A stretch of 36,360 bases of DNA, taken from contig LWCA01000255.1 in NCBI GenBank assembly GCA_001642005.1, forward strand, positions 1 to 36,360, given 5' to 3'. Of the stretch, positions 11,746 to 23,309 are shown piece after piece; position 1 is the first letter of the stretch; every line of letters starts with the position of its first letter. The translations under genes and the position numbers were made by a program. The DNA is from Intoshia linei (lineage: Eukaryota > Animalia > Orthonectida). The notes below the pieces were generated by a model. It was given only the letters and a program-made list of their open reading frames with translations, was not told the origin of the DNA and made no database searches.

Positions 11746-12424
11746 TTAATTTTTTACCATACTCATTATTGCTTTTAATAATTCAGGTTTGTGTTGGTTT
11801 ATAAATTTTGAAGTCAACTCCAGTGTTAAATATATTGGTTTATTTGACAATTTTGCTAAATTATATTTTAGCAATTTCGCTTTACTCTAACAATGCTATT
11901 TAAATATTTTATGATACGCAGATTGGTTAACATACCCACGTTTACAGAATGATATACTTTATTAGTTATCTACCTATTAAAACAGGGGTTCTCAAAAACA
12001 AGGATACAGTTTCGCGTTCCCCACGTATGCTAGCACCTAGATTATGAAACTGATTTAATGACAACTTGCCAAGACGATATTAAAAATTGAAGGCGACTAT
12101 TGAAACTTGAATTAGAAAAAAAAACGATTGTAAATGGTTTATATTCAATTCTGTAAAATTACCCAATTGGCGACACATAGGAGCTACAATGGAAGTATCT
12201 GAATTATTTTGACTGATAATTTGTATACAAGGACAAGTTGAATCGTTGATCGATATGCAGGTGTACATATTTTCTAGTTTTGTGTCTTTATCAAAATCAC
12301 TGACAATTAAATAAATTCCGTTTTTAAGGGTGTATGATTCCAATCTAACTATTATATTTTCAATTTTTATCACTTTTACATCGTTTATAATCTTATTTCT
12401 TCCAGATATCTTTACCTCGCACAT
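11746..12424 (-). CDS. PSMG4: Proteasome assembly chaperone 4, 2 exons, 123 aa
   Basis: Exons 12424-12163 and 11855-11746 (phase 1). LKNGIYLIV...LENMYTCI...SDTSIVAPMCRQL|AKLSNKPIYLTLEL parallels PAC4 LTDSLFLWV...LRNLAVAM...SDTTSTGLAQRL|ARKTNKQVFVSYNL, with similar length. Confidence 0.75.
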
Positions 12425-12909
12425 TTATCAAAGTATAATAAAGTTCAAATTAAATTAATTATTATTTATCAATTCTGGACTGAACTCTTTTATATAAAAC
12501 CGTTCTGCGGTTTCCAGAAATGAAGAATCGTCTCAATAATACAATTAAAAATTAATTTTATATTAACTAAATCAGTGATGAAACACCACCATTGTGTATA
12601 TTCAATGAACAAAGTGGCAATCTTTACCAATATGAAATATTTATATTTTATTATAAATTTAATATAAATAAAATCAGTTTAAATTCACATCTACATTTTC
12701 CAGTCATAATGGTTAGTATTAATCCTGAAATGGAGCAAATTATATAATTTTCGACATTAGAAAATTGCATTAAAAAATGATTTTTAAAAAAAATTTTCAC
12801 GGGCCGGGGATCAACAGATACCATTTACAAAAGCTTAAATCGTGACACTGTGAAAAAACTATAAACTAAAATATTAAAATAATTGTAATATAAATTTGAT
12901 AACATAAAT

Positions 12910-14296
12910 TTATTCTAAATCGTCTTCGGATAAAGTCTCTCGAGAAAAAAGATCGTTGGAATTTTCTTCCTTTCCAAAAGTGTTTTGCATGGAATTGCAC
13001 AATTGATCTAATTATCATAATAAAAAATATAAATGATGACTAAAACACACCTTATCATAAACGTGAACGAAATCTAATTTTCTTAACATAAATAAAAAAT
13101 ATTACAAATGAGACGTAAAAATTAGGTATCTGTAATCAAATTATTATCTCATCAATTCATATAACAAAAAAGACGTGTTTACGATCAACTTTACGACATA
13201 ATAAATAAAAAATAATACGAAAAAAATTTGGTGTTTCTTCGGTTGATTTATCTTCGAAATATATGTGTCTGATTCGTTTGAGGTACTGTTAAAAATAAAT
13301 TAAATTAAATTAAAAAATTATATACAATATCATAATAACTATCTTCACTAAGGTATTCACAATATTCATTAATGATATCATCATAGTTTTCAAGTTCCTT
13401 CCTAAATGAAAATATAAAGTTTGAAAAAAAATGAAAAAATTACTCTTGAATATATAAGAGCATAAAATAGACAAAATTAAGTAAGGGAATAGAATACAAA
13501 TCATTGTTCCTATATTTTTTAGAAATGCTAACAAATACGGTTTTAGTAGTTGTCAATTTACGGATACATAATAATCTAAAATTAAATGTATTTAAAAAAA
13601 TAACAAACTGTAATGATAATTGAACAATAAAGAGGTAGTCGATGTCTGGATACTTTGTACACAAATTTTTTAAAAAATATACACACAAGCTAGGGTCGCC
13701 ACTTTGGAGGACATGGTAACGCGCCATGTAAAAATCGGATGCTAAATGGAATAAAGCTAATGAATGAATGAAATAAACCTTTGAGTGCTATAAAAGAAAG
13801 ACACAAATGAACATCATGATTGGGTAAGAATGAAGGTTGTTTTTCAAAAATTGAAATTAAATTTTTTTCAAATCTTCCTCTATACTTAACATCAACAATG
13901 CTGTATAATTTCAATAATTGATCTATAATACGTGTAATAAAACTTGACGACAAAATTCACCATAATATTCTTGTTTTACATCTGTGGCATTGGTAAAAAG
14001 GGCCACGTAAATGTTTGCAGTTTCATATCCCATATTTATCTGAAAATATAATTTCAACTTTAATTAAAAATTACATTTTTCGAAAGGTGAAGTTTAATAA
14101 TAAATGAGTAAATACAATTTGCAGCCCTAACAAATTGATTTGTATTTTCGTAAAATAGTCTACAAGATATTAAACAAATCTCTATTTTATTTAAAAACCT
14201 GTGGGATAATGATAATGTGTTTTGAAAAGCATCGTAATATTGTTCACTGTCACGATATCTATTAATTTTTTCTATAAATTTATCAAAGTTTTTCAT
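12910..14296 (-). CDS. GET4: Golgi-to-ER traffic protein 4 (TRC35); multi-exon, penultimate small exons unresolved
   Basis: EQYYDAFQNTLSLSHR, ARYHVLQSGD, LFIVQLSLQ.LC, PLLNFVYFMLL, YLKRIRHIYF and C-terminal EDDLE match GET4 motifs (DYYEAHQ, ARYHFLHS, FVAQAVLQFLC, PLLNFIWFLLL, YLDRIGQLFF). Confidence 0.85.
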
Positions 14297-14680
14297 TTTT
14301 GTCAAATGTCTAAAATCAACACAAATAGTTTCAAATTGCAACTATGCAACAATCGATAGCGTGGGATTTCGAAAAATTTTAAATAACAATTTGTAATCAA
14401 TTCTAAGAATTGTTATTGAAATTTAAGTTTTTTATATTTTGTAGAAATTTTAACGAAAAAAACGGGTGATTTGAAATCATATTTGGCTTTAAAAAATAGT
14501 TTTTGTAATGTTATATAAATGTTATAAAATTTGGATTTTAAGGTATATTTTAATTTCTGAATCATAAAATAAAATAATTTCATAAAGTGACTCGATATGA
14601 TTACATAAAGAAAACAAATAAATTTAGTTTTATAACCAAATCAACTAAGGTCACACACAAAGTTATATACAAATTGAAAC

Positions 14681-14896
14681 ATGGCTAATTTTGTCCACGA
14701 AAACGACCCAAATTACAATTTTAAAGGATGGCGTTTACATTTCAACACGTACACATATAGAGGAAAAAGAAATGTAAATTTTTACAATTTATAAGACAGA
14801 TTTATACATTTATTATAAATTTAGTTGGCTTATTTGTCTTTGTTTATTTGGGGTGGTGTATTTTATGCAGCGTTTGGTAGAAAAAACAAGAAATAA
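14681..14896 (+). CDS. ATP5MK: ATP synthase membrane subunit K (DAPIT/USMG5), 2 exons, 54 aa
   Basis: Exons 14681-14773 and 14825-14896 give MANFVHENDPNYNFKGWRLHFNTYTYRGKRN|LAYLSLFIWGGVFYAAFGRKNKK. This matches DAPIT YQFTGIKKYFNSYTLTGRMN plus one TM helix and a basic tail. Confidence 0.85.
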
Positions 14897-14916
14897 ACAA
14901 AATGTAAAGCAATAAA

Positions 14917-17900
14917 CTAGTAATCTTCTTTTTCTCTCTTTCTATCAACTTCATATTCAATTTCCTTGTTATACTTCTCTGCTACATCCTAATTTTTGAA
15001 ATATTAAAGGTTGATACATTATTTAAACCTCTACATCAGAAATATCACTTTCCTCAAAATCTTCTACATATTCAACAGTTTTTCGTTCGTTTATTGGTTC
15101 AGTTAATTTTTCAATATCCACCACAGGAAAATTGTAAATTTGACCATACTAAAAAGTTTTAAATTTTATATATCAATTCAAACTGTTCCAGATTTCAATC
15201 TTGTTATTAATTCGTCTTTTATGCAATTTTCTATTTTTGCTGCTTTTAATGCCTTTCTCTACAATAATATAATAAAAACATTGGAAATGGGAAAATATCC
15301 ATATAGTAAATTTATGATTTTCTCAACCTTTTTCCAACAAATATAAACCAAATTATATATTTGTTGGGTAAAATCTAAGAAAAAAGTTCCCGTACAAAAT
15401 AAAACACAATCCGATTTATCTGATCTGTGTAAAATGGGGTATAGTTTGTTTTTAAATTTTCGCTGGGTCAACATAAAATTTGCGTTGTACTAGTTTTAGA
15501 AAAACTTTCAATTCTACAAAAAATATAAATGGAATAATAAAATCTTACTTCAAAATGCGTCACTTTGTCAGTTTGAAATTTTTTGATGAATTAATCGAAT
15601 AACTATCAGCTGTAATTTTTTTTAAATTCTAGGACTATTTTCATTGTTTAAAAAAGAGTAATCTGTGGTTTTGATCATGAAAATCGCTTTCAAGGTTGTC
15701 ATATATGATAATGCTTATGATTTCAAAAAATATCCCTGAATTTACGTTTTATAAAATTTTAAGCATGTTTCATTTTTAAAACAAAGGGTAATTTGTGGTT
15801 TTGATACTGAGATTTATTACACAATTAATGATTTTAAAACACCTCCCAGAATTTGTTTTATTAAATTTTTCGACTGATTTTATTTAATGATTATTATATG
15901 ATTTAAACCAAATGGGTTTTTGACCTCGAAGGACTCAAATTCGGAAATTGAAAAATACACATCAATATCTATGCGAAAACTTAAAATTGGTTATGTGACT
16001 TAGAATTTTTGGCGGACTTTACTGGTGAATTGAGTGTGTTGAATTTGGAATTGCATGGGAAATACAAAAAAATAAGTGATATAATCAGCATTCTTGGTGC
16101 TTTTAAAAATCGAATTTCGTCATTGATCCAAGATCTTCAAGAGCAAACTTTCAATTTCTTCCCAAATATTAAAAATCATTTGCAAAATTATCCTGATTGC
16201 ATTTAGAGTTTTGTGAAATATGAATCTGAAATCAACAATGTCATGAACGATTTTAATTTTCGTTTTTTTGATTTCAAAATTATTAAGTACATGTCATTTC
16301 CGTTTAAAGCAAATTACATCTCTGGTAAAATCACCGAAGTGTTCGATTTGGAAAAAGGTGCAACTGAGTCAAAAATTTTAACCCTAAGAGCTGATATCTT
16401 TTTAAGAGCTCGTGTTTCAGAACAAGATTTCTGGAAGTACGTGCCCGAGAAAAATATACGAATCTCAAAAAATGTTGTAAATATTTGCATTCTTGTTTCG
16501 GCTCAACTTATCTATGTGAGTCAGACTTTTCTGTCATGAATTTAATAAAATCTAAGAATCGTTCTAAAATTACTGATTCACACTTACGTGATTCTCTAAA
16601 ACTATATTTATCTAGATACACGCCAGATTTCATGAAGTTGGTAGAAGAAATGAATACACAGACTTCTCATTAAATTTAATATTTTGTGCATATTTACAAA
16701 TAAATTTCAATTTTCCCAAATTTTTAGTGTAGCACACCTGATATACATTGATCGTGTAATACTTATTATGATGATCGATCGCTATCTAATTTAGAATTTC
16801 AAAGTCGATCGTACAGAAAAAAAGTTGCCCACCCCTGTTCTATACCATTTCACTATCGATATGATATAATTACAAGGGATCTGATAATAGCTAAATTCAA
16901 AACGGAATAACGATTGTCAATGTGATAATCGAGGTTTATGCGAAAAATCTTAGGTAAATATAAACAGAAACTTCGTTACAACTAATTAAAATTATAATAA
17001 GTATTACATGGGCCAAAATTTCTATTTTTTCATCAGTATTGAGTCATTTCTAAAAATCACTTTTTTAAGTGTATTTTTTAAAAACGTTCCAAATTCTTTT
17101 TCGATTAATATAAAAAGAAAATTTGTGAAAATAAGCCAGACAATGTATGAAATTGTAATGAATCTGGATTATACTATAAACGGGGATCTAAGAAAACTCT
17201 AGCCTTTTCTGAAATCGTAATAATTATAGTAAAACAAAAAAGGAGAGGATAACAGTTTTATTTTGTGTGTCTATGACCGGAGAAAAGGCTGATTCACTTT
17301 TTATTGGTTTATGGAAAAATTTCTTCGGATTCTCTGAAGAATCAGATATTGATTATGCAACCTGTTTTACAAAAATATAATTAATTGATGGAATATTAAG
17401 GGTCGAATTCTGTTAAAAGTGATATTATTATAAATTGTTATAGAAAATCGATAGAATAACTTTTGATAATTCGCAAAATTTGATAATTTGTCCAGCTATG
17501 TTAATATCGAACAATAATGAACTGAAAATATCGATGATATTATCTATGTTCCATAATATGTTAATAATAATAAGAATCCATGATAATCAGTGGTTTCAAA
17601 AGTAATCCACAAAACAAATTTTAAATAAAATGAATACTCTTTTTTTAACAATATAATTCATTATCGATCATTTATTATTATTAGTGAACGTAAACATTTT
17701 ATCAAAATGAAGGAAAGTTTAACTGAATAACGTTCATAATTTTCATGTGCCTTAAATTTAATCTAATTAACGATTTAAATTAATTGAATAAAAGATCCCA
17801 AAGCCGAACTTTAAAAAATTTCACAAACGAATTGTAGTATTATATAACCCTATCCACATCTCTAAGGCTCTTGAGTTGGGATTTTAAATTTAAAATTTTT

Positions 17901-20900
17901 TTTAATGCTCAATTTAGCAAATGAATGCCTCCATTTTAAAAATTTTTTTTCGAGATCCCTTCGACGTCGAATCTCAAATACGGTAGGTTTAGCACTGATA
18001 GTTTGTTTATCATATAGGTATATACGTGATAAGTATGTTTGAAATAAAATAAACATATTTTTTTAATTACGTCATAACAGCTACCACTTCAAAATAAATG
18101 TAAAATTTTTGATTTAATTTAAATTTTAAAGAGTATATAATAAAAACATACCAGTGTTACATTAGTGACATGTTCAGGGTTAAAATGATTTTTACAAAAA
18201 ATTATGTCGTTCACATACATTTTTTTTACAAGTGGTTCACGGTGGAAAAAGTTTGGGAATCACTGTTCCATATGATGATGTGGACCAAGAGAATTTCATA
18301 ATAAACAAAATTATTAACAAGGAAGGTATAGTAATTGGTTCCAATACTGATGAAAATTCTGCTTCTGAAGAATCAGACGATATATCCTCAACCCATTGAA
18401 TTACGTACGTTGAGGCAATTATGCAGATTCATAATCTCTAAAAATTTTTTACAGAAATTTTGAAAAAATGGTAAAATATTTGATATAAAAATAAATTATA
18501 TATACAAATTTACAAAACAGAAGAACCTCAAACATTAAGTATATGATTAGGAAGTTATAATTTCATATTTTTCCTTATTTGATTCTATTTTTTTAATAGT
18601 GAACATGAGAATTTTTGAAATTTTGTGTTACTTAGGACTTAAGTTTGAATCTACTTCATAACCATTAAATGTAACTTTAATACACTGCTTTTAAATTTCT
18701 TCATAAAAAAATATTATTTTTCTATATTATATTCGAAATTAAACGTATTTGTGAATATTTTTTAAAAATTTTTCCTCTCATTTTGGATGTAATTATTTCT
18801 TACATTGATTGTAATTGTTATCACATTGATAATCGTTATTCCAATTTGAATTTAGCTACATTTACATTGACTGTGACTATTCTTACTTTGAATGTAAATA
18901 TGATAATTTTCAAAATGAATTTATATTTTTATTTCGAAACTATATTATGGTTAAATGAACCTGCGAATAACATACGGATATTTTTAACAATTTAAACTCA
19001 GAAAATTCGAATATTTTTCTTAAATATATACCTTAAACGTAAAAAAATGTATTATAGGTAGTGCGATTCAACCATATTACGTTTCCCGGTAATTACAATT
19101 TAAATGTTGGTCAAAATATACCAGTAACCCTTAATAATTTGATTATCACTTTAAATATAGCAATGATCACATTGCTTTCTAATAAGTATACATTTTATTT
19201 AAGATTTAATTTAATTTAGTCTATAAAAATTTAAATTTATTCAATGTGTAACAATTGACAATGTTCTAATTTATATTCTTGGTGTTTACTTTTTCGAAGA
19301 GAATCCTTACTTATATAATATGCTACGCGATTTATGTTTGTGTGTGTTCCACTTTATTTAAATAACTACCAGTTTTAGAATTTTATAATCATATTTCAAT
19401 AAAAGTTTTTTTCCGGGGGTGTTCGCAAAATAAATTTCAACCTTCCAAACTCACATCTTATGGATTTTCCTTTTTTTTGAAAATCAAACGAGTTGGAGAA
19501 TTTCAAAATATATACGCTGATACGGATTTTAAAACTATACACATTATCATAAATTAGAATTTAAAAAATTTATATCTTCAAGGCCAAATTACCCGTCATT
19601 TTTTAATGAAAACAGCCCTAGAATTTAAAAAAATTTACAGGTGGTACAGTTGTATCCTGTTAACACACACAAACAATTTCAATCCCAATAAGTGACGACT
19701 TCATGGTTAAAAAAGCATTTTAGTATTCATATATTTTTTTTGCGCAATATTTTATTAAAACAAAAAATGTGGAATAATTAACGGTCCGAAAATTAAAAAA
19801 AAAAATTATTCTGATAGAGCTTATTCCAGGTTGATATAAATACAAAAATTCAACCCGAGAAATCTACGCATTCCCGATGAAAAATTTAATTTATGTTTTT
19901 TTAATTTTATTTTTTTTGGAATTTATGCTATTTATAGGATTGAACTGTTTTTACTTTATTTTTAATATTATACACAAATTCTGTCTAATAAATTAAAAAA
20001 ATGGGATAACAATTGTTTAAATTCTTTACGCAAATGTTAATAAAGAAAAAATTAACATGGAATAATTCACTTTAAAGTACAAAGTAATGTGATATGATAG
20101 TTCCACCTGAATCAAATTTGTGAACCACTCCTTTAAAGGATTTATAATAGTGAATAGTAGGATTTTTAATTTACATTTTCAACGTGAATTTATTTTTTAA
20201 GTATAATAAAAATGTTCCCTCGGCAGAGCTAGGTCCTGTTTGTACGTAGTACATAACAGTATATCAAGTTTATTTATATTATTATACATTTTGTTTTGTA
20301 GTTTTGTTATAGCAGATAATAAAATAGTCACTTTTTGAGCGTCCACTGTATTTACATTGTATTGTTAAAATATATCTATTAAAAATATTCCTATTTCATA
20401 CTGATGTTGGATTTTTAAATATTCGGAGAAGGCTGGTAATTTTATGGGAAGCTCATTTAAATAAAAACAATCCTTGATGTCATAATTATTTTACAAAGTT
20501 TAAAAAATATAGACGTAAAGTCAAAAATATTCTATCTTAAAGATATTTTTAGCGTAATTATTCAACTTAGTCAAAATTTGAACGAAAAGATGTCACTCAG
20601 AATTCTCAAAAATTGAAAGCTTTTCTGAATAAATTGGTGTTTTGAAAAAAGAAATATCTCAATTTTTAATAACTGTGAAATTTGTAAACCTTCTTAAAAA
20701 TGTATAAAGCTTGTTATAACCATTTATGGAATTTGTAAAGACTTTAATGTAAGATTTGAAGATATTTTAAAGAAAAAGTTTTGAAACTCAATTTGGAAAA
20801 ATAAGGCCTCCATAATACAAACATCCAGAACAGAGAAGGAACTAACCAATAAATATTTTGTATAAATGTAAATTTAGTTTAACTTTTTTTGTATACACTC

Positions 20901-23309
20901 AATTTACTTTTTTTATTGGTTGTTTCACAACGTATATATATTTATAAATATATAACTATTGCAATTATAGTAAGTATATTCGTTAATATATAATTTCTTC
21001 CGCCAACCGACATTTGGGAAACTTTGGTTTATGGTGGTCCACAAAAAAACAAACTTTTTAGTATAAAATATGGTCCACAGCGAAAAAAAATTGAAAAACA
21101 ATGATATAGACTCATTGCTCATTCCAACGTATATAAATAACTTTTTATATTGGCAGCAAAAATTAATATGGATAAGAGGAGACAGGGTATGTCTATAATT
21201 ATAAACCTCTCTAATTTTTTCAAGTTTTTCAATTTTTGTAGCTTTCGCTTCAAGTTTGGTACTAAAATAATTAATATAATCATTACATGATACTTACGGG
21301 TATTTAACATTTATAGTTCGCATTCTCGCCAAATAATCATGAATTTTAAATAAACGCTGGTGACATTTACGCTTTATATATCTAAATTAAATATAAAGTA
21401 GTGTCTTATATCACGAAATTAAAAATATATTTTAATTAATACGTGAGGAAAAACCAATTGAAAAATATTATGGAAAATTAAAATTTCTAAAATTGAAATT
21501 TCCATACCTAAACAAAATAAACAAATTTTTGAAACTAAACTTTGGCCAATCTTTTTACGAAATATCCATAATATGGTACTCTACAAAAACGGCACAACTT
21601 AAATAATTATAATTACATTGGAATGAAAATACAATTGTATTAATATGATCACAAGTAGAACTTGAGATAAAAAGACTATTGTTGTAATTAATTCATTTTC
21701 GTAGTGAACATTTTCAAATTTCGGCTTGTAATAATTAAAACTAATAAATGATAACATAATTTGCAGATCTTTTATAATATTCACATATTTTTTTTATATT
21801 ATTATTAGATTTTATAAAATTCATCCACTACAGACCTAAGTTAAAACTGAAATATTATAATTAATTTTTTATCTACAAACCATATTATAAAAAAAATAAT
21901 AATATTCTCTGGTGTTTAAGTTAAAAATACGTATATCTGGCCACTTTATATTAATACAATTGTATTTTCATTGCTATGTAATTATAATTATTTAAGTTGT
22001 GCCGTTTTTACCTATATTCCCATAATATATACCGACAGTATGAAGTGGTATCATGAATAACCACATATAATAAAACTAAAATATGATGGGTGTAATTCAA
22101 TTTAAGTATGAAACAAGATTCAGATGAATATCTTAATTTTTGATCTATAAATAAATGTATTCATTATTTCGCTAATATATGGCTCTTACGTATCCTAATA
22201 ATACTAATTAATATTTTTACATTTTATTTTTCTCAAATTCGAGAGTCGTAGGGATCCTATGACCAACTATAACTAACATTAATTTATTTTAACATTTAAT
22301 ATAGGTTGAAACGAAAAATAGGTAATAAAATACAAATTAATAGTATTATTGTCAATTACTCGTTCCAATAAATCAAATTAGTATCTATCAATTTTGCAGC
22401 TTCGTCAATATTTGGAGGTAATTGAACCTTTTCCCATAATTTAGATGGAAATGCGGCTCTTTCAATAGTTTTCATGTATAAATAACATAATCCTACATTT
22501 TAAAGTGACATATTAGTAATATGTAATAATAACTAATAATAAGTAACTAAACCCATAAAGTAATGTCTTAGACATCATTAAAATGTTAATTATTTGAAAT
22601 TAGAATTGAAACGTTTATAGATCGAATTAATTAAAATTACCAATTAGTATTGTCAAAAATCTAAGATATTTCAGCTTGACAAATACATGAAAGAAATTCA
22701 GTTACTTGTACAATTCAGAATACCACTTATTATATAGTGGAAATTACAATAACTATATAAACAAATTTTGATAACCCTAAAATTAAAAAAAGATACCCTT
22801 CTCTTCACGAATTGTCGCATATTGACTGTTTGCTAGTGGACACGTCTGTTTATTACACAATCCTGTCAAATTGTAAGGATTCGTACAAAATACTTGTTTA
22901 GTTTTTAATCTAATATATATTATTTAATTCATAACTGCTCAAAATAGGGTAATCCACACAACTATATTGAAAAAACGAGTCTAATTTGAATTATCAGCAC
23001 CACAAAACATTAAAAAAAGACTAATATATGGCCTTACAAAAATGTATTACTATTGAAACAATTTTTATTCTGTTAAAGTGAAATATATTATGTCACATAA
23101 ATTCCTTCCACGAACACTTTTAAAAGTGATTGTATGACTTTTAATAATTTCCAGTCGTATGTATTTTCATATATGATACGAAAACATAATAAAAATGAAC
23201 ATAATTACTTTGATTTATATGAGCAGAAGAAATTATTCAAAGAGTTCCAAATAATCTATATAAAAAAGACTATTAACATTACCAACGAATATACCGAATC
23301 GGATTGCAT
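14917..23309 (-). CDS. MAK16: Protein MAK16 homolog (60S biogenesis), 9 exons, 237 aa
   Basis: Exons 23309-23295, 23255-23209, 22909-22797, 22492-22360, 21381-21298, 21261-21207, 15258-15184, 15148-15029, 14988-14917 (714 nt, all phases consistent). Motifs [57 protein letters not shown] and YGQIYNFP. Confidence 0.95.
15590..15975 (-). mobile_element. Diverged fragment of the Helitron-like family
   Basis: Shares blocks (tgtggttttga, tgataatgcttatgattt, gggtttttgacc, aattgaaa) with 990-1260, 24440-24760 and the reverse of 30430-30830. Confidence 0.55.
15976..16837 (+). mobile_element. 5'-truncated hAT (Charlie/GTF2IRD2-like) transposase remnant with right TIR
   Basis: Frameshifted ORFs [16 protein letters not shown]...FKNRI and [31 protein letters not shown]...SH* (hAT dimerisation domain). 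The end GTTGCCCACCCCTG is the reverse complement of CAGGGGTGGGCAAC. Confidence 0.88.
16840..17458 (+). mobile_element. pogo/Tigger transposase remnant
   Basis: Decayed frames [17 protein letters not shown] and [16 protein letters not shown], typical DDE_1 (Tigger) motifs. A further acidic Tigger-like C-terminal remnant lies at about 18270-18560. Confidence 0.7.
17588..18265. mobile_element. Degenerate hAT element
   Basis: Ends CAGTGGTTTCAAAAG and AAGTTTGGGAATCACTG; TSD not preserved. Confidence 0.55.
19304..20268 (+). mobile_element. Helitron-like copy B with both termini
   Basis: A|TCCTTACTTATATAA 5' end. The body matches copies A and C. The 3' part matches the reverse of 35949-36195 and ends in hairpin CTGTTTGTAC-GTA-GTACATAACAG followed by CAAG|T. 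Confidence 0.7.
21585..22009. repeat. Long inverted repeat (~60-bp arms), foldback/MITE-like, in MAK16 intron 4
   Basis: aaaaacggcacaacttaaataattataattacat...aatgaaaatacaattgtattaatat (21585-21646) is the near-perfect reverse complement of about 21947-22009. Confidence 0.85.

Noticed and set aside
11980-12030. Resemblance to the RNase MRP CR-V or U6 3' segment
   Set aside because: The required partner motifs (GAAAGTCCCC, ACAGAGA) are absent; it is better explained as a hAT end.
12570-12830. Partial similarity to miR-317, miR-92 and miR-8
   Set aside because: The seeds do not match or do not sit on a proper hairpin arm; no named miRNA can be supported.
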